The translations under genes were made by a program, and so were the position numbers. A stretch of DNA of 64,000 nucleotides from Auanema rhodensis (Eukaryota; Animalia; Nematoda). The notes beneath the pieces were generated by a model that saw nothing but the letters and a program-made list of their open reading frames with translations, ran no database searches and was not told the origin of the DNA. The stretch lies in the NCBI GenBank assembly GCA_964057225.1, contig OZ059898.1, positions 11,904,001-11,968,000 on the forward strand, given 5' to 3'. Positions 42,762 to 57,000 of the stretch are shown here, one piece after another (positions within the stretch are counted from its first letter, which is position 1; every line of letters starts with the position of its first letter).

Positions 42762-43340
42762 CTGTATTTTAACTTTGTTCATCTCGTTTCTTTTTATCTT
42801 TGTATGTCTTTTAGTCATCTAATACAGTCGTTCATCAGTTCGCTACGTCATATCTCTGGATTAGAGAAGCTCTACGTTGATGAAGACCGAGACGAGGAGG
42901 GAGTGTTGAAAACGAAAAAATGGCGATGAAGAATCAAGTTGTTTGTCGACCCCTGCGGGTCACGTAAGAGATTCCCTTCATCTTTCCATACACAAATGTA
43001 AACCCACAAGCACATATGAGGACAAAGAAAACAAGAAATGAAATACAGAGAGAGAGAGAGAGAGCTTGACGTAAAAGGTGGGAAAGAGAGAAGTCAAGGA
43101 TGATATTGACGTGATGATGAAGATGATACAGAGAGATTGGAGGTTGTCAGCTTTTCGTTTTGTAAAAAAAATAACACGAAAAGTGTATAAAGAGTACGTG
43201 AAATGAAAGAGATGATGAAGTTTTCCGAAAGAAAAAGACAAACTCTGATTCTTAAGAAAACAACATATACTCTGTGAATAAGCTCGAAATACCTTGACGA
43301 ATAAATTTCGGAAATTCAACTTCATCAAGAATCGCCTCAA

Positions 43341-43395
<55 letters not shown>

Positions 43396-44464
43396 TTCTC
43401 TCTCTGTATTTCTTTCTTTCTTACAATCACCTCATATTTCAATTGAACCAAATAACAAATATGACTATCATCTCATGAAGTACAATAAAAAGGTATCGAC
43501 GGATATTGGTTAAACACAACACCGTATGTTCGAACAGTTCAAAATGCAGTTTCAAAGTCAAGCTTCTTTCTAAAACCTTAGCTCTCAAATTCTATTTTGA
43601 AGTACTTTGAAGAGAAAAGTTCTTAATTAGACTCATATTCATATATTCATTGATTTTTCTTTATTTTTAAAATAAAAGCCGGTTAACAGATGACCGACGG
43701 TACAAGGTGCTCGGAGACAGATTTCTCCGTCTCCTTCTTCTTCTTTTTCTTCTTTTTCGACAACCTAGATGGAAGTGTTAATTTTTTGAAAAATTGCAAG
43801 CAAATACGAAACCCTCGAAAACTGGTCAAATGCTATTTTTAAACACTGAAGACAAGCTCAGAAAAGGCAAGATCGGCCATTCACAATCGATTGCGAGGGT
43901 GGCTTTCCAAATATATTCGGAGGAGCTTTAGGACAAGAAAAAGACCAAAAATTCATCCAAAAATCGCCTCGCAGATAGCTGCGCTAGATGTTGTTTAACT
44001 ATGGAAATTCAAAACGTTTTTACGCTCATCCAGTGTTGGTCAGAACAAACTGCTTCCCATCTGGATAGCATTCGTCAACGGGTGATAAGAATTATGATTT
44101 CTGGCAGAAGTTTTCGGTTCAAGGCCATAATCAGTAACAGTAGTACGTTAACTGATGGGAATTAATGATAAACATACAACGGAAAACAATATTTTGGAAA
44201 TTTTTTTAGAGAAAAAGTTGATGAAAAGGATCAGAAATGAGTTAAAATGAGACGAAAAGTCAATTGAGAAGCTAAAGCTCAAATAGCAAGTTAAGTTTGC
44301 GTACGTAGACAAATCTATTAATGCTGATCAAGTAGAAAAAAAGTTTTATGAATCAAGCTGACACAGAGATTACCAGAAGTTTACGAAGTAAATATTCTAA
44401 GCTGCAAGTTGGCACAGTCTTATTTCACAGTAATACAGTAACTTTATATAAGAAGATAACTTAC

Positions 44465-44493
44465 CAAAACCGCTCGAAATATGAATTTTGCAT
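44465..44493 (-). CDS. Candidate upstream first coding exon of a long EVI5 isoform (MQNSYFERFW...)
   Basis: ATG at 44493, 29 nt, donor TTG|GTAAGT in phase 2. Joins the TGCAG acceptor at 40425 in frame, reading [39 protein letters not shown] without a stop. Confidence 0.5.
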
Positions 44494-47400
44494 GTATGCA
44501 TTTAGAAAATTATCACCGAAAAACGATGATGTTGTCGAATTAGACGTCTGAGGTGTAAGGGAAGACGACGTGGACTCATGATGGATGAAGACACCGGCCA
44601 GAGCCGGTGGAGCAGGTGGCGACATCTCAACACTTCAGGATTACACACGTCGATCAGATATTCTGATGACGGCCACAGTCGATGAAATATATTCAGACGG
44701 CTCACAAGCTTTCTGAAGGCCTAGGAAACAGTGACAATATTGAAGCAAATGGTTTCGCAGAAGAATCAGGTTAGCAGAGAGAATGCGAATGTTGAAGCCT
44801 AATCACGGAGTGGCCTTCAGAAGTTAGTGGCTACGAAGATAATTTTGTTGGGTGATGGTAAAGTGATGTTGATGTGGTTAGAAGCCAGAGAACGACGACG
44901 GTGGCGACGTGAGGAGGGAAGCCTAAGCGAGGATGAAGGGCCAGTCTCCCTATCTCTCTACTTTGCTTCCTCTCTATCTGTCTGTTCGTTTTTTTCGTTT
45001 TCTCTCTTTCTCTCTGCCCCTCGAAGGTGGACACAGGTGTGGCGACAACGGAGTATTGAGAGAGATTGAAAAGAGAACGATAGATCGAAAAGAGGTCTCT
45101 TACTCTTTAATGTTCTCTTCATATTGTCTCTCTTCTTATTCTCTCTAGATTCTCTTAAGTTGCTTTGATCTTTTGCATCTATTCTTTCACTTCAACTGCG
45201 AAACGAATACCAAGGGGAGGAGTCCAATATCGGCAAGCATAGTGGCCACCATCACATACGAGAGACGATGTAAGCGAATGCTTCGAAAACTGAGGCAAAC
45301 CAGTGGCTGAGCTTTGTCCAAACTCGGAACATACAGTCTGCTGCTGTACTCTCTCTCTCACTCTGTGCCTGAAGTCCATTCTATCTCTCTCTCTCTCTCT
45401 ATCGCGCTCGCAATGTTCTCGTTTCATTTTAGTTCAACGAGAAAATACGAATAACGAGAGAATATGAGGTAGAGAGGAAATATAGAATACTATGAAGAAT
45501 AAAGAGAGAAGTGAAGAATGAGACAAGCTGGCTGTCAATTGAGATGCGTGACAAGACTAAAAAAGGAGTCAATGCTAGCCTAGAGGACAGTACAGAGAGT
45601 CGATATTCTCCAGAATACACAAACACACACATATTCTATAAAAGGATTGCAAAAGCATAGACATTGTCACATAATAAGAGAAAAAAGACAGAGCTAGATG
45701 AGACGTTGGAACAAACGAAAAAAAAAAGAAAAGAATTCATGTTGAGCTACCATCAACGACATTTCTCTTGAATCACGTCATCGGACGCTCAAGTTAGCCA
45801 TATTCATACGCTGAGAAACAAAGCGAGAGGAGCAAGAGCAACGAGTGCTCTGTTGACCAGTCCTTCATAAATGGTATAGTTAACAAACACTCCTAATTAT
45901 ATCATATAATCAATTTGACGTGTTCTATGAGACATGTGAAGAAAAAAAAATTTTTAGCTCAAAAATCTTAAAATATCTTCAAGTTTGACGGCTATCCGAG
46001 CCGGATTTGAGTCAGATCAGGAGCGATTAAAAAAGCACCAAAGCTAAATATAAGGTGAAGATAAAGAAAGATGATTAAGATTTCACAAAAAAACTGACAT
46101 AAATAGATCAAAGATTTTAAAATCTTTCTCTCTCTCCCCTTATTCGACTTTCTACTATTTTTTTTCCAAACAATTAGTTGACAAGCAACCTGTTGTTGTT
46201 TGAATTCGTTTTAAGTTTCAATGAAAAAACCTTATGCCCTCCGGCAATCAATCACTATTCGACGGCAAAATGTTCATCTTCATCTTAATCTCTTTTGATA
46301 AAAAATGACCAAAAGATCGAAACTAATGCAAGGGTGCAGGTGTAGCAGAATTTTCCATTTCAACTTCATTTGCTGAGAAGCTTAACAATTCGAGTTGTAC
46401 ATTTCAAAATTAATGAAAATTCAACATAAAGAAAAAAGAAAAAAAACAAGAAGAATCTTCAATCTTGTACATCTTTCCAAACATTTTTCTCCTCACCCAT
46501 GCTCAAATCATTTTAACTTGTGTTGTTCATTTCTTTATCCTCAATCCTTGTCAAACAGATGTAAATACTACATCAATGCTTGTTGTTTCAGCAGTAAACT
46601 ATGTGCTATGACAGAGTTTTAAGGTTTTTGACCCAAAAATCAAAAATTTACAAAATTCAATAGAGTTAAGACGTTTTTTTGATATTTGCCATTTTGCTTG
46701 CTTGTTTAGCTTTTCTTGTCTTTTTTTCCCGTTCGTATTGAGTAAAGAACGATGACTTATAATGATTGATAGTCAATCAAATAGTTTTTTTTTTCTTTTT
46801 TTTAAGAAAAAATTTTGGAAAATTCTTAAATTCATTTTGCGCAATTAAAAATTCTCTTCTTCATCTTAATTTGCCTAAAGACCATTATAGAATTCAGCAG
46901 AAGAATAAATGTCTCTCCACCATTAAACGACCTTCTAATCTGCCGATGACGGTAGCAATTGTCTGATTTGAAATCAAAAGATCGTCAGAGGTCATTTTCT
47001 TATTGAATACAAATCCAGACGTATCTTCAAGTTTGAAAAGATGACCTACCGGTTGCAAATTCAAAAAAAAGTCCAAAAGAAGCGATTTGGCTGGATTTTC
47101 TCTATTAAGTTCAAGAAATCGCAAAAAGAAAACTGTAGAGAGTGAGAATGTGGAGAAGAGCAGCAGCAGCAGAAGAATCGAGAACTATATGAGAATAAGT
47201 GAAATTGATTCATCAAGTAAGCTTATCAGAAGTATATATCGATAGAGAATACATGAATTTATATATGATATAACTAAGAAATCAATGAATTATGTAAACA
47301 TTTAACTATTAGAGAGATAGACTTATATACATACATACACATATAATATACGGAAAACAGATAAAGCTTAATTGAAAAGAAGAAAAGTAAATATAAATTA

Positions 47401-47715
47401 TATACTATATATACTTATATTATGAATAATATAATTAAATTTAACACCAAATTATTGTAAACAACACTCTTATACTTCTATTAATTCTATTTTGGAGATT
47501 CAAATGAATAAAACTTGAAGAGAAAATTGTTTAAAATGCAATACGTACTGTATGTCTTATTTCGAACAACCGATCACTGTAACATTTCGAAAACAAAATA
47601 AGACGGATGGTAAAACTAAGTTCACGTGAAACGTACACGTACTTTTGATTTAGTGTGTTCTAATGAGTTTTAACAAGTCCATTCATTTCAAAAGAATTTA
47701 AAGAGATTTGGAGAG

Positions 47716-47723
<8 letters not shown>

Positions 47724-47774
<51 letters not shown>

Positions 47775-47994
47775 AAGATGTGGAGAGAGAGTAACTGTAA
47801 GTTCAATGCTATCTACAATCATTGTTGTCTTTTCCTGCTTGAATCAATGTATAACAGATCAAACAGGTATTCCCGAACGGAAAACTGATTATGCAAATTG
47901 ATGGACAGATAGGGGTGAGACAATCTAAATAAATATCATGTGTGCTAAAAACAAGATTTCAAACGAACTTTATTGAGAGTAGGCTAAACTCGAT

Positions 47995-48082
<88 letters not shown>
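47724..48082. repeat. Two (GA)n tracts (~47724-47770 and ~47994-48082; the second is the longest near-pure tract in the window)
   Basis: Direct reading of the sequence. Confidence 0.95.
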
Positions 48083-48088
<6 letters not shown>

Positions 48089-49062
48089 AAACCTATTCAA
48101 CATGAACGAGGAGAGAATAACAATACTTTATGACCATAAATATCAAATAGAAAACTTGATGCCAGTAAGAATAAAGCTTTGATGTTTCTATTTGAATCTT
48201 TTCAAATGCAATCCTCCTCTCCTCTTCCTTTACTATCTTCAGTCAATTTTCTTTTTTTTTTCATTCATATCAAACAGTTCTAAATATATTTTTTTATTTT
48301 TTTTCCCGCTTTTTATTACTTTCAAACTACAATAGGAATAAGCTGAAAGATTGAAAAGGCAAGAACATATTCTAAAGATTCTCTTCTCTCTACATACGTA
48401 CATGTTATGATTTTTCTCGTCTCTGGAACGAATTCTAACAATTCCATTGCATTTTCATTTTGATCTCCTTATTCTCTTTTTCCTCTCATCTTGTCTCATC
48501 TCATCATACATGTTGACCAAAACGAACTTCATATCAAATTAGAAATTCCAAAATTAACCTTCGAATATTCAGAATCCTTCGCCTCTGTCACTCCCTCTGT
48601 CCTAATAAACATCATTAAATAAAAAAACACATCAAGTAGAGAGAAGATGATGAGGAAGAGAGACTCATCTGTATTCATGATCATACTGCCCGCAGCAGAC
48701 CTGGCGCCTCTTCTTCCTTCTTTCTTCATCTCATCTTTGTTTTCTTTATATTTTTCAATTTGAAATATTGAAAACCCAATATATGGAAAATGCATTAACT
48801 TCTGTATACGTTCGTTCAACAGTCTCTTCTCTCATTCCCTTATATCATCCTCATCATCACAATATTCAAAAATGCGTATCGGAGTTTACGATGAAAAATG
48901 AAAAATTTTGCTAATTTTCAGCGATTTTGATTCATATTGTTGAGACGCTGATGAATCAGAAAACAAAATATGTTTTAATTTTGTAGAAGTTTTTCATATT
49001 CGGAGCAACAGTTAAAGAAAAACATATGAAAAGCCAAGTTATTCCTATATATGATATGTGAT

Positions 49063-49103
<41 letters not shown>

Positions 49104-52100
49104 GGGAGAGAGAGAGAGAGAAACGGGTCAAAAAACATTTAAAAAGTAAAACGTGGATGATGAATGAAATGAATAGTTGAAGACTATATTACAAAAGAAG
49201 TAAATATAGCAAAACATTGGATGTATCGAGAAGAAATAGAGCAGAAGAAGGAAAATATTGAACAATCCTCCAGAAAAAATGGATGACCAAAACTGGTAGT
49301 TTAGTTGTTCTTCAACTAAACTACATAATCATGGTAGTAATAAGAAGATGAAGTGGTAGATTTGTAAGTTAACATGATGCAATTAAAAAGAAATAAAAGA
49401 TATTTTATAAAAATAATAATAAAATGAAATAAACATACATAATCAATTCGGATATACTCCATCGTTTCCTAGTTGGAAAACTTAGTCGAGGTGTTGATAT
49501 GAGCATTATCACATAATTTTGATAATTATATCATATAGTATATTAAGGATATTGAGAGTTCGCTCAATAGATGGAAGTTATAGAGAATAGTTTGAGGTGA
49601 AGAATTGGAGAACAAATCGAGAGCAGCACTATCTAGCCGAGTGAAAATGTGGATGTTTCAATATCAGTATTGTGGTTCTAGTAAATATTCAGATGGTAAC
49701 TGTTATACTGCTGCGAGAGTAGTAATCAGCAAATTCTGTTTGATAATTTTGGAACTGACTGATAAGTTACAGACCAAATATGGGAAAATTGACTAGAAGT
49801 ATTATCAATTTAACGATGTACTAGTGAGTAGTGTATGGAAGAATTGGATGGGACGAGATGTGTTGTTGTTCGAATGGTGGCTGATAGAGGAGGTAGGAGG
49901 GAAGAGTAGGAGGAGGAGGAATAGGAAAGAATGGAACACAGCAAACGGGATGGGCTATTGCTCTCTCTCTTTCTCTTTCCACGCTGAAACGAGAAAGGCG
50001 TAACAGATAGCAATAGTCAGCGAATATATTTAAAGAGGAATATAGTGAGAGTAAGAGAGAAAGAGAGAGGGAGAGAAAGAGAGAGAGAGAGAGAGAATGA
50101 TACTGAATGAGCTACGAAAGAATTACAATGCAAAAATGGCCATATAAGGAAGAAAAGGAGGGAACAGTTAGTGTATGATGATCTGTATATGACGTGAAGA
50201 CAGCACATTCGTTGTCCAGCTAGCTTTCAGCTCATTCATAGCCATCGCAAAAGTTATGTGATCGAACAACAGAGCAAACAAATGAGCTAAGAAAAGCAAT
50301 AATCGTTTTTAAGTTTCTTTCATATCTTTATAATAATATAGAATAATAGAATAAAGAATATCTATTTCAAAATAATATTATTATCAACAAAAATTATATT
50401 TTTACAAATAAAAATTTAAAAAATTGTATATAATACTGTATTTAGTTTTGAAAAAAAAAAGAAAGAAAATAATATGAATAGCTCTATAGCTGATTAGCTA
50501 TTATGCTGATGATATGATGGACTGCGCAGGGACCATGATGATTGCAAACGGACATGACTGTTTGCAACAAAAATCTGGTATTTCATGTAAATATAATTTG
50601 GAGAAATAAGAGTAAAGAGAGAACAAATACATATATTAAAGATGAAAAGTTTATAAACTAGTTTGAAAATTATAAAAATTTAAATTATATATGAATAGTT
50701 AAATTTGTATATTATAGTTTTAATTAATTAATATACAAAATCATATGTACATACATATATGAGAAAATGAAAATACAAACTATCTCATTAACTTGTTTAT
50801 AAATAAAATATTTAATTATTATATAAGCATAGTTAACTACTAAACAGCTCATATATATTGAAGTGATTGATTAGGCATCTGGTCGGAAGTCGGAAATGAT
50901 CTGACTTAGTCACTTAGTCTTCTCACTGTTCTCGTTTTTCTCTCACCGAAATCAAAACAGAACTACCGAATAGAACAGACGACACGAGTGACGGGTCAAG
51001 GGTCAGTAAGAGATTTTCCTACTCACATTCAACTTCTTATTCGAATACTAATAAGTAAGAAAAGATGATGATTTTGAGAATTTTAATAGTTAATTATATA
51101 TACATATAGTAAAGATATAGTATAGTATAATATAGTATATAATACAATAATAATAGTACATTTTAGAAAGTCTCAATTACATTTGCATAGTTAATGATGA
51201 AAATTCTTATAATTTATATTTAAATTATTTTATACAATATAATTATAACTATAACTATAACTATATAGTTATATAATTATGTAAAATAATACTAAATAAT
51301 TGAAAAGATTCTGATAAATAGTTGACAACACAGTATGTATCTGTGTCTATCTGACTGTGTATATGTGAGGACAATTTCAAATATTTATTTTAATTAATTT
51401 TAATTCTTAGCCGATTTTTATTTTTTGTTTGTAGAGTTAATTAGCAATGTACTCTTTTAATACTTTTTCATCTGCCCTCCTCTATCTCTCACTATCTCAC
51501 TATCTCTCTCTCTCTCTCTCTCTTTCTTTCTCTCTTTCTCTCTCTTTTATTGTTAAGTTGATTATTTTTTGTACGAAAAAGACTGTATTGAAATCATGAT
51601 AGCCGAAACTTTTTTTTTTCGAAAAATATTAGAAACTTTTACAAAAAAAAAGGAAAAATTTAACCAAATTTGTGATTAATGGAAAAGTATTGACATTAAA
51701 TATTATTTGTTGAAATATTAAAGATGAATAATAGTAAATTAGTAATAGAAAAATATAAAATAAAATAAAAATCAAAGTTCTCTCATGGGAATAAGGTAAC
51801 GGAATGAGAAAGGAAATGAGAAAGGAGTTACGGAAAGAAAGTCATGATGGCAACATCTTTAATTAAAAACTTCGTATGAATGTGTGGACAAAAGAAGTGA
51901 CGAAAACTGAATTTATAGTATGAATCTTAAGAAAACTTGTTAAAAATTCAAAAAAAAAGTAAATTTTAAAGAAAATTTCAAATGAGATGAACGTATTGAG
52001 ATCAGCATAGTATTCAGATGTGTGAAATCATTGTCATCATCATATGATATGATAAAAGTTTTTTTTTTTAAAAATAGAAATATATGATATAAATCGTTTT

Positions 52101-52184
52101 ATTATTCGAATAGCTAATAAGTTTTTTTGAGAAAAAAAGTATTGAAAAACAGTAGAAACATGCATACATATAGTATAGTATAAT

Positions 52185-52245
<61 letters not shown>
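52185..52245. repeat. (GA)n microsatellite
   Basis: Direct reading of the sequence. Confidence 0.95.
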
Positions 52246-52248
<3 letters not shown>

Positions 52249-54032
52249 CAATAATAATTGAAACAAAAATTATAGATAACTACAGTTTAAAAGGTTTTTT
52301 AGATGATAAAGAAAACAAAAAAATTCAAAAAAAAAAGATAAAACAAAGGGAAACATTGAATGTTTGTTATTGAACAGATATCATTTAAAACTCAAAATGG
52401 AAACATATAAACGATAAGAAATGAAAAATTTCAAGTTCAAGAATAATAAAAGAAAAATATTTAATTTTAGAAAATTTATGAAAAATAATTAAGAAAAGCA
52501 AAAAGCTTTTATATAATGATCAGACGGTACCATATAAAGACAAAACTAAGATGAAATGGTGAAAGAAGCAAGGAAATAAGAAGGACGACATAACTAGCAG
52601 AGAGAGAGAGAGAGAGAGAAGTATATAAAGAGAGAGAGAGAAAAAGAGAGTAAGTAATAGGTTATAAGAGAAAAGGTAAAGAAAATCAAGAGTATATAAG
52701 AGTAAAGAAGAAGAAGAAGAAGAAGAAGAAGAAAAGGAGGGATAGCACTTATTTGGTCGCACATAGTCCGACTAAATCATTTGGAGGTTCGCGCAAAGAG
52801 TTTATTTAAAAGAGAAAAGAGATAGAAAGCCAAAGGACAGAAGTTGCAAAAGTATAAACAACAGTATTCTGCTTCAAAGATTCTTATATAACTATTAAAA
52901 ATAAAAATTTTTTCCAACAAATGAATGTTTTTTTGATTGAAAAATGAGGAAAAAAAGGAAAGAAAAAGAAATTATTTATTTGACAACAATAAAAATAGAA
53001 ACAAAGCTTTCTATTTAGAAAATAAAACAAATGTTGATGATGAGGATGATGATATGTAACAGAACTACAGAAAAAACTAGATCGATTCATAGTTTTGCGA
53101 ATAAAAAAAAAGCGAAGTCTCAACAAAGTAAACTATTTGATCAGGGATTATTTTTGAATAAAAAAAATAATATATTATACAATCTATATAAATTGATTAT
53201 AAAGAAATATAATGACTGTATAGATTTAGGTAATTGGGTGAAGTTTTATCAGAAAAAAATATATTTTTGAGTCATAACTCATAAGTGATATTGACTCACT
53301 AGACCATCTTTTAGATAAGGTGTGGGTGGAGAACATAGAGAGGAGACAGCTTTTTTCTTAGAGTAGAAAGATGAAATCAAGTCATTTTCATTGTTTATAG
53401 ATTGATAAACAATATATTATTTTCTATTCAAAAAATGAACTATGAAAGTAATGCTAGTTGAGTAGATGAAGCGAGAAAATGAGAGAAAGATTCCAGAAAA
53501 TTCATTGAATTCATGAAAATTAGCTGAAAATAGACAAAGTCTATATGTAATATCTTGTGAAATCATCTATCATAATGAAAATAAAGAAAGATGATACTTG
53601 AAAGATAAAACTGAAGACCGGAACATGAAATGGACTGAGCGTAAAACGGAAAACGAAACGGAAACTCAGACTGGATTCAAGAGCTAGTGCTGGACGAGAA
53701 ACATATCCAAACAATCTGTACAGTGAGAACAAGTCATCTGATTAATCAGAAAAAAAATATTTTTTTTTCAGACAAAAGCATAGTTTTCAAGAAATTAATC
53801 AGACAATGAGGTTTACTTCCAGGTAAATATGTTGGAAAATCCAAAAAATAAATAAAAATATACATGCATATAGTGAATTCAATTGTTGTTCTTTACGTAA
53901 TTATATATAATTATATCAACAACAGTAGCAGTAGCAAGACTTCAGCATATAGAAGGTCGAAAATCCCTCAAAAATGAGCTTTAAATACAAAATCAAAGAA
54001 GAAAGCAGAGTGAAAAAGAAAGAGAATATGAT

Positions 54033-54037
<5 letters not shown>

Positions 54038-54089
<52 letters not shown>
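54038..54089. repeat. (GA)n microsatellite
   Basis: Direct reading of the sequence. Confidence 0.95.
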
Positions 54090-54091
<2 letters not shown>

Positions 54092-57000
54092 AGTAAAACA
54101 TTACCGAAATACGATCATGATCACTCTCATTGATATAATCAATTGAATTCATTTATATTTTTTGAAAAAATCCAATTATGTGTCATATGTATGTATGAAC
54201 AGACACATAAATGTAATATTCTAATAGTTAGTATGGTATTATAGATAATTCAATGTCTCATAAATAATATTTTTTATTTGAAAATATAATAAAACACACA
54301 GCATGAATCTACATGAAGCTCATCCTTCATATCAAATAAATTGTCTCATCAATATTCTTTACAAAAGAAAAATATTCTTTTTTTCATTTTCTTTTTTTTT
54401 TTGCTGGAAAAGTTGAATAAAGGAATGAGTTTGAAGAGTTTTATATGAAATGAAAAACTTTTTTTTGTGTGTAAAGAAGTAAGGACAGCATGATGTATTC
54501 ATATACTATACATATAGTATACATATAGTATAATACTAATATTCAATACTATGTGTTACTTAATCTTTTCTTTTCTATTTTAATGAATCTTAAACCTTTT
54601 TTTACTCTCAGCATTTTTTTTCAAATGTATGGAAACTAATTGAATTTAAATTAAATTAGTCAGCTGTGAAGACAAAAAAAAGTGAAATAGGACATTTGAG
54701 TTCAACCTTTTAACTTTTAAAGCTTAAAGCATAATGAGGAAAAGAAACAAAACAATTTAAAAAAATAAAAGAAAATATAAAATTATAATGAAAGAGAGGT
54801 GAAGAAATGTATTTTTTAATAGTATAAACATGTGTGATAGGTATGAGCAGACGTGGAAAGCTGCTCTGACAGGATCTGTCAATGCTACTCCATCACCTAT
54901 GGCAACCAAATAAGAGAGCACAACATCCGAATCGAGCCGACTACCTACAGCTAGGGTACTTTTGGAATAAAAAAATATGTGTTAGAGATTTAGAATAACA
55001 TAGCAGTTGAAAAAGAAAAACATAATTCGAAGGATGTTTAGTAATATAAGGAAAAATATAAATATTTGTCTACATAATATTGAGAAGAAAAATATAATTA
55101 TAGCAATTAACTATATGGTATTATTAATAAAATTGTATAAAATAATATTAAAAATAATCGAAACATGTTACAAAAGTGAGAAAAAAGTTCACAGATTACA
55201 TGGCTTTCGCCTTTGATGGCTCTAAACTAATCGAATCGGACTAGCCAAACATGGAGGTATGTGTGACATAGAGGGAGAGAGAGAGGGAGGTAAAGGACAT
55301 TGGGCCTTGAAACTGTTGTAACAAGGACGTTGAGAGGGATGAGTAAAGAAGGTAATTGGTGTCCACGATAATATCGGAGACAGCAGACATACAGACAGTA
55401 CAGAGTATGACATGGTCTAGAGTGTGCTATAATGAGAAAAAGGAAGAACTTTGAGATGACAATCAAGACGGTTTTTTTTTATTGTCATTCTTTCAATACT
55501 TTATTGATTTGTGAGCAAGCATTGATTAGAGAGTATATGGAATTGTTGTTTTGAATGAAAAATATATAAAAAGTTTCGAGAATGTTTCAATCTTATGTAT
55601 ATATATAGAAATATACATTTATACTATAAGATTTTAGATATAAAACGAATTTTTGATTTAAAATTTTCAAAAAAAACCATTAAAAGATCTTCTCATATGG
55701 TAAAAGTACACAATCGAAGAAAATCTATTACATTCTCAAAGATGAAGGAGACGACGGATAAGAAGAGAACTATGATGATGACCACCAGAACGAACAACGA
55801 TGTTTCACACCGTTCAGCATTCATATGGTGTTCGCTTCAACATTCACTCAAATCAATCTTCAATCATTCCAAGAATTGAGGTTCAAGTTAAGAAAAGCGA
55901 ATCAGCCACGTTTCAATAAGAAAAAAAAAGAAAATGATTTCTTTTTTAATTCATTCAGCCATCATTTAATTCCATTAAAATGAATTATCGTCAGAATCCT
56001 TACAACAATTGGATTTAATAGAGAGACAATTGTTCTTTAAGCAATTTTGCTGCTTATATCAGAAGGCAACCAAAGAAAAGAAGAAATTCAATCATTTCAA
56101 TGATGAAAATGTCTCTGTTTTCAAAATATAATTTGAAAAAAAATTTTTTTGGATGAAAGTACAGTAATTACGTGAAGCTCACGTGAAGCGGTTAATGAAA
56201 TTCATTTTGTTGTTTATGTTGACGTGAGATCGGTTGAACTCGAACTTTGCTTTTTCCATTTTTATTTTCTTTATTTGAAAAATAATTTCAGAACATTTTC
56301 TTCTTTTGTATAGATTCAATGAAGTTAATGTTGGTCGTGAAGAAATAGTAAAAAAAAATATTTGAAATAACCTCAAAAATCATCGTCGACAATGAATCTG
56401 ATTTGTGGCACTTGGTGAACTAATGTGGATAGGTGTACATCATGAAAGAAGCTTTTTTTCTTTTTTTTTTTGGTTTCTTCAACCTCTCACATGCAAAGAT
56501 TTGACAGCCGGTTTTTCGTATAGAATAGCCGGTATTTTTAGTAAGCGAAACTAGTGAAGAATGTGAAATTGTGAAAATGAAACAATGCTACTGAGATTGA
56601 TGACTTCAGTGCTATGTATATGTGTTCCAGTACAATCTTTGAATGACAATTGACTTGTAATTAAAGTCAAATTTTATATGAAAATAATGAAAAATAGTCA
56701 AATGAAATTGCATATAACATATAAAAATATTCATTCATTATTCTCATATTGGGCATAGATAAATAGTTAAAACATAGTCTTGGATGAGGTTATGTACATA
56801 GTGAGCTCATCTACCTTAGCTCAATTACGTAGGTCAAATCAAGATGCTATACATCGATATGAACATGATCGGTGGGACTTCATCTCTATTGCGTAATGGT
56901 ACTTGCTCTTGCTCTATCCCTCTCTCTCTCTATCTCTTTATCTCTCTCTCTCTCTCTCTCTCTCCATCTGTCTATCTATGTATCTTTTTCTTTTTTTTTA

